32,000 nt of DNA from Candidatus Iainarchaeum sp. (GCA_043808785.1 JAZDEL010000003.1:1-32000); one strand, 5' to 3'. Positions 1-7,344 are shown, counted from the first letter of the stretch. The notes: generated by a model from the letters alone, not told the origin. Program-made: numbers and translations.

Positions 1-44
1 ATTCCTTTTTTTGAAGCCATAAAAAATCACAGCCGAACCATCCG

Positions 45-84
45 CAAACCCGTGCGTTTGTTTTTGTTTTTTCTTTTCGCCTTT
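45..84 (+). repeat. copy of CAAACCCG... palindromic/T-rich element plus TTTTTGTTTTTTCTTTTCGCCTTT block
   Basis: CAAACCCGTG (45..54) is identical to 5461..5470. CAAAC and GTTTG can form a stem. The T-rich block 61..84 is repeated at 1825..1849. Confidence 0.5.
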
Positions 85-94
85 CCTTCCCCCC

Positions 95-1678
95 TTACCT
101 GATGAATTTCGCCTCGCTTATTTTCCCCGTCTTCAGTTCAATCCTTGCCGCAATTCCCGGCGTCGGAATATGCCCCTGCGCAAGCTGGAAGTCCGTCTGC
201 CCCTGCCAGCAGCCGGAATTTATTATCGTGCAGCCCCTGTACAAATCATAGCCGTAATGGTGCATATCCCCGCCTATGTACATGTCCGGCTCATCCCTTA
301 TCAGCATGAAATCCTTTTTCTCGGGAACATAAGGCTGCCTCATGCCGTACGTTGTCATCAAATCCCTGCGTATCAGCAGTTCGCGCATAGCCTTTTGCGG
401 CTCCTTCATGCTGAGGAAATTCACCATGGTTATCAAATCGTGCAGCGAAGCCCCGTGGTAAACCATGCATTTCAGCCCCTCAATCTCAACCCAGCCCGGG
501 CTCCCTATCAAATGAACATTCTTCATTTCCGCAAGCTTTCCCGCGTACTCCTTCGGCACCGCCGGCTGGGGGTCAGCGCGCCTCACAGCATCGTGCTGCC
601 CCGGGCACATGAATATTTCTATATGCTCGGGTATCTGCGCGATCAGGCCTGAAAGTTTCTCGTACTGCATGTACACGTCCTTAATCGCAAGCTCGTCATA
701 CTGGTTGGGGTATATCCCCACCCCGTCAACATTATCCCCCGCAATGAAAAGGTATTTTATTTTCCCCACGGCTTCCGCCTCTGCAGCGCTGTCCACATTG
801 CCGTTAATCCATGCGAGGAATTTCCCGTACTCCTTTTCAAGGAACAGCTTGCTCCCCACATGCATGTCGGAAATTACCGCCGCACTCAAATCCCTCTCCG
901 ACCTCCTTGCCTGCCTCTGCGGCAAATCAGGCCAGGTAATTTCCTTTATTATCGCCATGCCGTCGCTTATTTTCCTGCCCTTTATCGCGACAACATCGTC
1001 CATCAGCACGTGTTCCGAAATCTCAAACATCTTTTTGTCGTCCTTGAGCGCGATTGCAATAAGTTCGTCCTCCAAATCCTCCAATAGCAGAGTGAGGTTG
1101 CCGTTCTTGCTGACCCACTTTTTTCTCACCATGCCGACAACGCACGCCTCGGCATTCCTCGGCAGGCCTTTCAATGAGGATATTTCCTTTGCGCTCACCC
1201 CCGGGCGCTTCTTCAGCAGGGTGGAAAGGAACTCGAACTTATCCCTGAAAAATTCGAGGAAAGCCTTTGCCCCGCTCTGCCCCGCGCTCTGTCCCGTTAC
1301 ATCGTACTCCTTCATTATCCGCATTTCCGCGTCGAGTTCAGCAGCAGCAGCCCTGAAAGTGGGGCGCTTCACAATCACCTCCTCCTTTATGGAAGAAACC
1401 TTCGCCCTGCCCTCGGCAAGTTTGCCCTCGACCGCCCCCGCCCCTATCATGAACGTCCCTGTGGAGGAAAGCGCGCCTATAATCTCCCTGAAATTGTGCG
1501 CCTTTGAAAGGAGTGCAACAGCCTTCGGCTCAATCATCGCGCCCTTCTGCGCGGCATAATTGACAACATCCTGCTCGGTGGCGCCAGCTGCGGCACGCCC
1601 AGTGCCTGCCTGCGTTGCGCCTTCCCCCGCGCCGCCCTTTTCAGAAACAGCCTGCTTCGCTTCCTGCCCTTCCGCCAT
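95..1678 (-). CDS. polD1: DNA polymerase II (PolD) small subunit DP1
   Basis: ORF 95..1693. Calcineurin-like phosphoesterase motifs ISDMHVGS, IAGDNVDG, CPGQHD and GGDMHH match the architecture of archaeal DP1. I prefer the ATG at 1678 (MAEGQ...) over the TTG at 1693. The N-terminal ~40 aa are Gly/Ala/Glu-rich low complexity. Confidence 0.9.
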   Translation of the reverse strand: MAEGQEAKQAVSEKGGAGEGATQAGTGRAAAGATEQDVVNYAAQKGAMIEPKAVALLSKAHNFREIIGALSSTGTFMIGAGAVEGKLAEGRAKVSSIKEEVIVKRPTFRAAAAELDAEMRIMKEYDVTGQSAGQSGAKAFLEFFRDKFEFLSTLLKKRPGVSAKEISSLKGLPRNAEACVVGMVRKKWVSKNGNLTLLLEDLEDELIAIALKDDKKMFEISEHVLMDDVVAIKGRKISDGMAIIKEITWPDLPQRQARRSERDLSAAVISDMHVGSKLFLEKEYGKFLAWINGNVDSAAEAEAVGKIKYLFIAGDNVDGVGIYPNQYDELAIKDVYMQYEKLSGLIAQIPEHIEIFMCPGQHDAVRRADPQPAVPKEYAGKLAEMKNVHLIGSPGWVEIEGLKCMVYHGASLHDLITMVNFLSMKEPQKAMRELLIRRDLMTTYGMRQPYVPEKKDFMLIRDEPDMYIGGDMHHYGYDLYRGCTIINSGCWQGQTDFQLAQGHIPTPGIAARIELKTGKISEAKFIR

Positions 1679-1748
1679 GCAACCATCACGCAAAAACCGC
1701 GGCGGTTAAACTGCTTGCGGAGGTTTCGGGATTTTCAGGTTCCGCAGG

Positions 1749-1786
1749 CGAACCCCGCGAACCGCGGGACGAACCCGCGGCGAACC
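1749..1786. repeat. four phased CGAACC hexamers
   Basis: CGAACC starts at 1749, 1758, 1770 and 1781 (spacings 9, 12 and 11 nt), 60-110 nt upstream of the polD small-subunit start. Confidence 0.6.
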
Positions 1787-1824
1787 GACGGCGTCGTGTT
1801 TATTTTTTCCTTTTTGTTTCTTTT

Positions 1825-1849
1825 TTTTTGTTTTTTATTTTTCGCCTTT
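1825..1849 (+). repeat. second copy of the T-rich TTTTTGTTTTTT-N-TTTT(T)CGCCTTT block
   Basis: Matches 61..84 with one substitution and one 1-nt indel. Both copies end 7-10 nt before the stop codon of a minus-strand gene. Confidence 0.55.
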
Positions 1850-1856
1850 GTTCCGC

Positions 1857-2129
1857 CTACTTGTTCCTCTCCCTTATGGACTCAAGCTCGGAAATTATCG
1901 TCCATATTTCCGTGCGCGTGTGCGACGGCATGTTGATGTCGTTGCTTATGTCGTCCAGTATGTAAAGTGCCGACGTTACCCCCACACTTACCTCTGCGCT
2001 CGAGCCTATCTTTTCCCTGGCTTCGTTTACAGCAGCGCGGATGTTTTTCGGCACGCTCGTGTCCTCTATTACCGCGTCCATCAGGCCGAAAACATATTCC
2101 CTTGCGTCGTCATTACCTTTTTTGTCCAT
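1857..2129 (-). CDS. UPF0147 family small archaeal protein
   Basis: DTSVPKNIRAAV...LDDISNDINMPSHTRTEIWTIISELESI matches my recollection of the conserved UPF0147 pattern (TSVPRNIRR...LDEISNDPNMP..RT.IW). The ATG at 2129 is preceded by GGAGGTG with a 6-nt spacer, so the upstream 15 codons of the ORF-track call are dropped. Confidence 0.8.
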   Translation of the reverse strand: MDKKGNDDAREYVFGLMDAVIEDTSVPKNIRAAVNEAREKIGSSAEVSVGVTSALYILDDISNDINMPSHTRTEIWTIISELESIRERNK

Positions 2130-2428
2130 GGTGCGCACCTCCGCATGGGTAAGGGAAACGCTCGCGCAAGGCAAAGATGCGCCCTGTGCCGCAGGAAACG
2201 GCGCCTAAGAACCGAGCCGTTGCTTACTTCCCCAAACCCCTTCCGCTGCAAAAAACAGCCATTTTCCAGAACCTCCGTAAGTAGTTCAACTTACTTATGC
2301 GGTTACTTGGTTATTTTATGGGGGGAACCATTTTAATGGTTATGGATGGGGGGTGGGGGTTAAGTGGGTTGCGGGGCTTGCAGGCTAAGCCGTTTTGCAG
2401 TACCGCCCCCCGTGCAAGGCGAACCATT

Positions 2429-2436
2429 TTTATATA
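2429..2436 (+). promoter_or_regulatory. TATA box candidate (TTTATATA) upstream of secF
   Basis: Canonical archaeal TATA octamer ~50 nt upstream of the secF start, followed by GGTGA at 2465..2469. Confidence 0.45.
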
Positions 2437-2484
2437 TTCTCCCGCCTTAATTAGTCATAAGATTGGTGAGTTCTTCGTGAGCCT

Positions 2485-3570
2485 TTGGGGGGCATTTTTA
2501 CGGACCTTGAGAACACCCTTTACGGAAAGCACTACAAACTGTACATTCCGCTCCTTGTGGTTTTGCTTGGCGTGTGCCTGTTTGTTGCGTTCGTTTTCCC
2601 GGGCGTGAAACAGGGCATCGACCTTCGCGGCGGAACCATGCTTATTGTGCGCATGGACACGCCCATAGATGCTGACAGCCTTGAAACCCTGCTTAAGGAT
2701 AAATTCCCGCTCACTGATGTAAGGGTAACCTCCACATCGGCACCGGGGGGGGTTTCGGGTGCCGTTATAGAGTTCACCGATAACACCGAACTTGCTATTG
2801 CGGAAGCCGCGCTTGCGGAGGCGAAAGCCCTGCTCGCTAAGGATAAGCAGGCTGCAGGGGAAAAAGCGAAGGAGGCGATCGCCGCAACTGCAAACTACGC
2901 CCCTCAGCCCCCGACTGCAGGCCTGCCCCCCGAAGATTTGGTCGAACTTGCGGGCATAATTGTGCCGAAAGCGGAGGAAGCATTCGACCTGCAACTGCAG
3001 GATTTTGTGAAAGCGGAATTTTCCCTCGGTGAGGAGGCCGCCTTCCAGAAGCGCGAGGTAGGGCCGATACTCGGAAAAACATTTTACGAGAGCGCCATAA
3101 CTGTCGGAATAATAGGCTTCATACTCATAACCCTCGTGGTTTTCGCCTTCTTCCGCGAGTTCATACCCGCTGTTGCGATAATTTTCGCCGCAGTTTTCGA
3201 CATGGCTGCAGCGCTCGCTGGAATGGCGGTGTTCAATATCTCCCTCTCCCTTTCCACAATTCCCGCGCTGCTGATGCTTATAGGTTACTCGGTTGACACG
3301 GACATCCTGCTCACAACAAGGCTCCTGAAAAGGGTGGAGGGCACGCCAAAAGGGCGCGCAATATCCGCGATGAAAACAGGCCTTACAATGACCGCAACCG
3401 CGCTTGCAGCGCTTGTTGTGATGCTTTTCTTCTCCTACATCTGGCAGATAATGGTTATGTTCGAGATTTCAGCGGTCATACTCTTCGGCTTGCTCGGGGA
3501 CATAATCGTAACCTGGTCAATGAACGCCGCAGTACTGCTCTGGTATGTTGAAAGGAAGGGGGGCAAATAA
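2485..3570 (+). CDS. secF: protein-export membrane protein SecF
   Basis: N-terminal TM helix then GIDLRGGT. The C-terminal six-TM block contains GYSVDTDILLTTR, typical of archaeal SecF. TTG at 2485 is the only start in frame after the stop at 2467, so the start is uncertain. An Ala/Glu/Lys-rich insertion lies in the extracytoplasmic domain. Confidence 0.85.
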   Translation: MGGIFTDLENTLYGKHYKLYIPLLVVLLGVCLFVAFVFPGVKQGIDLRGGTMLIVRMDTPIDADSLETLLKDKFPLTDVRVTSTSAPGGVSGAVIEFTDNTELAIAEAALAEAKALLAKDKQAAGEKAKEAIAATANYAPQPPTAGLPPEDLVELAGIIVPKAEEAFDLQLQDFVKAEFSLGEEAAFQKREVGPILGKTFYESAITVGIIGFILITLVVFAFFREFIPAVAIIFAAVFDMAAALAGMAVFNISLSLSTIPALLMLIGYSVDTDILLTTRLLKRVEGTPKGRAISAMKTGLTMTATALAALVVMLFFSYIWQIMVMFEISAVILFGLLGDIIVTWSMNAAVLLWYVERKGGK

Positions 3571-3608
3571 TGCCCGCTGGTTTTTGTGCAGGAGGGGCAA
3601 ATAATGCC
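3560..3608 (+). repeat. 15-nt direct repeat GGGGCAAATAATGCC (3560..3574 and 3594..3608)
   Basis: The first copy contains the secF stop in a TAATG junction. The second supplies the SD and ATG of the 39-codon sORF. Confidence 0.7.
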
Positions 3609-3723
3609 TGAGGATCTGTTCGGGCGCAGGTTCGGGCGCAGGGGGAACAGAGCGGTTTTTTCCGCCGCCCCGCACTGCCAGAAGATGCCCAGGTGGTTTA
3701 TGGAATGCAGGGGGGCGAACTGA
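3604..3723 (+). CDS. possible 39-aa small ORF in the secF-secD spacer
   Basis: ATG at 3604 preceded by AGGAGGGG (3590..3597) with a 6-nt spacer. Product is MPEDLFGRRFGRRGNRAVFSAAPHCQKMPRWFMECRGAN. It is Arg/Gly-rich and lies in repeat DNA, so it may be a chance ORF. Confidence 0.2.
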   Translation: MPEDLFGRRFGRRGNRAVFSAAPHCQKMPRWFMECRGAN

Positions 3724-3805
3724 ATGCGCGAACCCGCAGGGAACGGATGGTTCTGCCAACCCGCAGAACCCGCGGTTTGTTTTGCGTGTGCGGGGGGCTG
3801 GTGAA

Positions 3806-5422
3806 ATGCGCGAACTCCTGAAGAACTGGAAAGTCATGCTTGTTTTCGTGCTGCTTTTCATATCCGCGCTGCTGATAAGCATAAACGGCCTGAAAATGGG
3901 CGTTGACTTCAGCGGGGGCACGCTTTTCCAGATACACCTCGCAGGCACTGTCGAGGACCCCTCGCAATTGGCAACCGTGCGTTCAATTGTCGAGCAGAGG
4001 ATGGACAGTTTCGGATTAAGGGACACAACAGTAACCACCTGGGGCAAGGAATTCGTTATTGCCCAGATTGCGGAAACCGACCCCGAGGCAATAGCGAACC
4101 TCGAAACCCTGCTGCGCACGCAGGGAAAGTTCGAGGCAACGATAGACGGGAACGTTCTGTTCGAGGGCTCGGACATTTTGCAGATTGTGAAGGACCCGGG
4201 AAAGGGATACGGCTTCATTGAGGAAGAGGGGGGCATACGCTGGAACCTGCCTTTCGTGCTCAAGCAGAGCGCAGCGCGCAACTTCTCGCACATGGTTTTC
4301 CACAGGTGCACGGCAACAGGGATTGATTCAAAAGGCGCCAGCCAGTACGACTGCGACCTCACGTATTTCTTCATTGACAGGCCACGCGAATCCCTGCTCA
4401 TAATTCCCGGGAAGGTTTATGCCGCGGACACCGAACTTTTGCTTAACGGCAGCCAGCAGGAGGACATAAGCCAGGGCACGCAGATAGAGGAACTCCTGCT
4501 GAACGCGGCAATGCCTTACTTTGTTGTGGATGAGAACTTATCCGAGGAGCAAACAGCGCAGATTTCCGCGCTTGTTCAGTCGCACCGCACAGCGCTCCTG
4601 CCGCCCGCAACACCGCAGGGCGTGAAGGACAAGCTTGCAGCGCTCGGGTTTAAGTTAAAGGAAATATCCGCTCCCGAATCCGTGCCCTGGACATGGCTTG
4701 CAACAGGCGCCCAGCAAACAATCGCCCTTACTTCGGGCATCACAGGCTGGGACCCTTACATTGCCACGGTTGATGAGCAGAAAATATTTTCCGAACTTTT
4801 CATAACAGGCGCTGCATCGGACATTGAAACAGCAAAAACCCATTTGCAATCCCTTACAATCCTGCTCGAAACAGGTTCCCTGCCAGTGGCAATAGACAAC
4901 ATTTCAAAGGAAACCATTTCCCCCCTGCTCGGGAAGGAGTTCCTGAATAACGTCATGGTAATGGGCGTTGCGGCGCTCATAGTGGTTTCACTTATCATTT
5001 TCCTGCGCTACAAAAAACTCACGCTAACAATCCCGATAGTGATAACCAGCATAAGCGAGGCAGTGCTTACCTTGGGTGTTGCTGCGCTTATCGGCTTTAA
5101 TCTCGACCTTGCGGCAGTGGCAGGAATAATCGCGGCAATCGGCACGGGAGTGAACGACCAGATAATAATAACTGATGAACTCATGCAGAGCAGGGAGGCA
5201 ACAAGCGGCTCCCTGCTCAACCGCGTAAAGCGCGCTTTCTTCATTGTGATGGCCGCGGCTTCCACGGTTATAGCAACAATGCTGCCCATAATAATCTTCG
5301 GCTTCGGTTTCGGCAAGCTTGTCGGGTTCGCGGTTACAACCATAATCTGCGTGCTCGTGGGCGTGCTGATAACGCGCCCCGCGTACGGCGAAGTGGCAAG
5401 GTATTTGCTTTCGAAGTACTGA
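3806..5422 (+). CDS. secD: protein-export membrane protein SecD
   Basis: N-terminal TM helix, GVDFSGGT, a large extracytoplasmic domain, and a C-terminal TM bundle with AIGTGVNDQIIITDE. The ATG at 3806 is preceded by GGTGAA. The ORF-track TTG at 3782 is less likely. Confidence 0.9.
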   Translation: MRELLKNWKVMLVFVLLFISALLISINGLKMGVDFSGGTLFQIHLAGTVEDPSQLATVRSIVEQRMDSFGLRDTTVTTWGKEFVIAQIAETDPEAIANLETLLRTQGKFEATIDGNVLFEGSDILQIVKDPGKGYGFIEEEGGIRWNLPFVLKQSAARNFSHMVFHRCTATGIDSKGASQYDCDLTYFFIDRPRESLLIIPGKVYAADTELLLNGSQQEDISQGTQIEELLLNAAMPYFVVDENLSEEQTAQISALVQSHRTALLPPATPQGVKDKLAALGFKLKEISAPESVPWTWLATGAQQTIALTSGITGWDPYIATVDEQKIFSELFITGAASDIETAKTHLQSLTILLETGSLPVAIDNISKETISPLLGKEFLNNVMVMGVAALIVVSLIIFLRYKKLTLTIPIVITSISEAVLTLGVAALIGFNLDLAAVAGIIAAIGTGVNDQIIITDELMQSREATSGSLLNRVKRAFFIVMAAASTVIATMLPIIIFGFGFGKLVGFAVTTIICVLVGVLITRPAYGEVARYLLSKY

Positions 5423-5460
5423 GTGCGCGGCAAAAAACAGCTAACCGCGTTTTCGTGCGG

Positions 5461-5502
5461 CAAACCCGTGAACCGTGTTTTCGTTGGTTTTTTGGGTTTT
5501 GG
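5461..5502 (+). repeat. copy of the CAAACCCG...TTTCGTTGGTTTTTTGGGTTTTGG element
   Basis: Lies in the convergent spacer after secD. Its 3' half matches 12841..12863 at about 22 of 25 positions by hand alignment. Confidence 0.55.
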
Positions 5503-5511
5503 CAGAGGCAC

Positions 5512-5772
5512 TTACTTGAACGATTTGTACCATCTTTCATATTCCTTGTGGGTTTTGAAGCAGTGCAATATATAGCAGGCGTCCTCATCCATGTTGTAAA
5601 CGATTCTCGCCTGCCTTGTGACCTCTTCAACATTGAATGGCAGCCCGAAACGCAGGTGCCTTTTCGGCGGCATTGAGGCGATTTTTTCCGCGTGCTTTGT
5701 GAAGATTTTCCTTAGGCCTTGGTCCGCGGAATCCAGCTCTTTCTCGGCTTTTTCGGAGAAGGTTATTTCCAT
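5512..5772 (-). CDS. RelE/ParE-superfamily type II toxin (copy 1)
   Basis: 86 aa lying 4 nt downstream of a small RHH gene. Core RIVYNMDEDACYILHCFKTHKEYERWY resembles the RelE/ParE beta-sheet region. Paralogous to 11423..11695. Confidence 0.7.
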   Translation of the reverse strand: MEITFSEKAEKELDSADQGLRKIFTKHAEKIASMPPKRHLRFGLPFNVEEVTRQARIVYNMDEDACYILHCFKTHKEYERWYKSFK

Positions 5773-5776
5773 CCGT

Positions 5777-6013
5777 TCACAGCCTGTATTTTTTCTTTAT
5801 CTTGGCGAGGCTCTTGACCTTTATTTTTCCTTCCCTTATTTCGCGCATCTCGAGTTCGATGCCCCTGTTCACGAGCCTGACCTCCTCCTCATCCAGCTGC
5901 CGCTCGTAGTTGAGCAGTGCCTGCCTGATGACCTCCGTCTGGTTGCCTGCATAGCCCTTTTCAATAGCCTTATTCACTATCGCTTCATAAGGAATTCCGA
6001 GGTTCACATTCAT
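5777..6013 (-). CDS. ribbon-helix-helix (CopG/Arc-like) antitoxin (copy 1)
   Basis: 78 aa. N-terminal beta-strand plus helix pattern MNVNLGIPYEAIVNKAIEKGYAGNQTEVIRQALLNY. GGTGA SD lies 4 nt before the ATG and a TTTATATA box is upstream. Confidence 0.7.
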   Translation of the reverse strand: MNVNLGIPYEAIVNKAIEKGYAGNQTEVIRQALLNYERQLDEEEVRLVNRGIELEMREIREGKIKVKSLAKIKKKYRL

Positions 6014-6044
6014 AGAATCACCTGTATATTATATGCGCATTTAA

Positions 6045-6052
6045 CTATATAA
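6045..6052. promoter_or_regulatory. TATA box candidate in the divergent region between antitoxin 1 and the membrane protein gene
   Basis: TATATAAA on the plus strand, TTTATATA on the minus strand. It lies 32 nt upstream of the antitoxin ATG (6013). Confidence 0.5.
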
Positions 6053-6058
6053 ATATTA

Positions 6059-6083
6059 CGCATTCAGCATATCATTGAATGCG
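6059..6083. promoter_or_regulatory. perfect 8-bp inverted repeat CGCATTCA-N9-TGAATGCG (operator candidate)
   Basis: Read directly from the sequence. It overlaps one of two ATGCGCAT palindromes (6032..6039 and 6079..6086) that flank the TATA box. Confidence 0.4.
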
Positions 6084-6124
6084 CATGGTTTTTGGGGTCT
6101 GCCGCACCCAGCCAAACAGCAAGC

Positions 6125-6814
6125 ATGGAAAAATCCAAAGTCCTGTCAAAAAGCACACTCATTAAGTTTTTCATTCTCCTTGTGCTGTCGCCGTTTTTGT
6201 TCATCGCGTTTTCTTGGGCTGCTATTTTCAGTTACAATGCCATGGAGCCGTTTATGCCCTGCTGCAAGGCAGCCATTCCGGCCCAGATAGCCATGTTTAT
6301 GCCCGCTCTCCTGCTCACACTTGTGATTTCTTTTATAATCGCAGCCGCCTCTTTCCGTTTGAGGAAGGAGAAACTTTTCAGGAAACCCTTGCTAAACAGG
6401 GCCGCAGCGGCATTCGCGTTATGCATCGTGCTGTCGCTTGCCACCGTGCTGATTCTGAGTCTCCCGGTAAGCATACTTGTTGGTGCGGGCTGCACAGGGT
6501 TCTCGCAGCTGCCGATTAAGTCGCAGTACCTTAGCGGCACAGCTGTCGGATCCATATACACAATAATCTTCACAAACATGACCGGGCAAAACCTCACAAA
6601 CGCATCGGTAACCGCAAGCTGCTGCCTTAATGGCACCGCTTCAATAGGGGACGTCCCTGCCAATGCAGGAAGGACTGCCGTTTTCACGCTTGATGCAGAT
6701 GACACATTCGCCCCAAACAAAGAGAACTTGGTGCGCCTCATACTCACCTATACTGATGCCGAGGGCACAGAAAGAACTGCAAACGCAAGCTGCAAGCCTT
6801 TTTCGCCTAACTAA
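6125..6814 (+). CDS. hypothetical multi-pass membrane protein with sequon-rich C-terminal domain
   Basis: Four predicted hydrophobic helices, then a ~90-aa domain with five N-X-S/T sequons (NMT, NLT, NAS, NGT, NAS) and several Cys. Start could be ATG 6125 or TTG 6092. Confidence 0.55.
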   Translation: MEKSKVLSKSTLIKFFILLVLSPFLFIAFSWAAIFSYNAMEPFMPCCKAAIPAQIAMFMPALLLTLVISFIIAAASFRLRKEKLFRKPLLNRAAAAFALCIVLSLATVLILSLPVSILVGAGCTGFSQLPIKSQYLSGTAVGSIYTIIFTNMTGQNLTNASVTASCCLNGTASIGDVPANAGRTAVFTLDADDTFAPNKENLVRLILTYTDAEGTERTANASCKPFSPN

Positions 6815-6828
6815 ATCTCGGTCCGCGC

Positions 6829-7344
6829 TCAGAGCAGTTCCCTCAGTTCCTTCGTCCCCGCAATTTTCACGGTCAGGAAATGCCACAGCGCAAGCACGAT
6901 TCCCGCCACGGCAAACCAGCTCGCAACGTGCACCGCTTCCGCCGCTCCCGCGCCCCAAATCACCGCGGCAAGAACCACGAGGTAAAGCCTCAGCAGGTTA
7001 AGCGGGAAAAGCACGGCAAACCCCGCGAGGAATATTTTGATTTTTTTCGCTGGTTCCGGCTTCCTCAGCGCGAAAACAATTGACGCGAGCACGACAACGC
7101 TGGCAAGCCCAGTGCAGGATTCGCTTATCCGCAGTTCCCCCCCTCCCGCGAAAATAATGTTTCCCGAATGCCGCAGCCCGAGCAGTCCCGCCTCGAAACC
7201 CGCAAGGGAATTGTTGAGAATGGAAAGGTCCGAGAAAACCAGCAGGGTTTCCAGCACGGCAAAAATAAGCAGGAACTTAACCACAAAAAAAACCGCGCGG
7301 TTCGTTGGTTTGTTTGCACCTGTTTTTTTTGCGGGTTTCACCAC
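6829..7344 (-). CDS. exosortase/archaeosortase (EpsH) family protein, short form
   Basis: 171-aa polytopic protein with the family's Cys/Arg/His signature: ISESCTG, PLNLLR, and a later His (AEAVHVASW). The GTG start overlaps the carS stop (GTGGTGA). Subfamily not assignable by eye. Confidence 0.7.
   Translation of the reverse strand: MVKPAKKTGANKPTNRAVFFVVKFLLIFAVLETLLVFSDLSILNNSLAGFEAGLLGLRHSGNIIFAGGGELRISESCTGLASVVVLASIVFALRKPEPAKKIKIFLAGFAVLFPLNLLRLYLVVLAAVIWGAGAAEAVHVASWFAVAGIVLALWHFLTVKIAGTKELRELL

Noticed and set aside
170-1559. Plus-strand ORFs (160 and 316 aa) antisense to the PolD small-subunit gene.
   Set aside because: These are antisense shadow ORFs with Ser/Leu/Ala-rich low-information sequence. 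The minus-strand frame carries all the phosphoesterase motifs.
1694-1856. Possible replication origin next to the polD gene, given the phased repeats, palindromes and long T-tract.
   Set aside because: I recognise no ORB or mini-ORB consensus, there is no orc1/cdc6 gene in the window, and the AT-rich stretch is short. It is kept only as a repeat observation.
2130-2428. The 300-nt divergent spacer with G-runs (GGGGGGTGGGGG) and local stems, considered as a possible structured ncRNA, or as a tRNA, SRP RNA or RNase P RNA.
   Set aside because: I found no T-loop (GTTCGAAT-type) or other diagnostic RNA motifs, and the stems are short and imperfect. I cannot support an RNA gene by eye.
3517-4401. 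294-aa minus-strand ORF overlapping the secF end, the spacer and the secD 5' half.
   Set aside because: It lies opposite clearly recognisable SecD coding sequence, and it has no motifs or plausible start context.
6125-6814. The sequon-rich membrane protein as the substrate of the neighbouring archaeosortase-like enzyme.
   Set aside because: It lacks the required C-terminal tripartite signal. The protein ends ...ASCKPFSPN with no terminal TM helix or basic tail.
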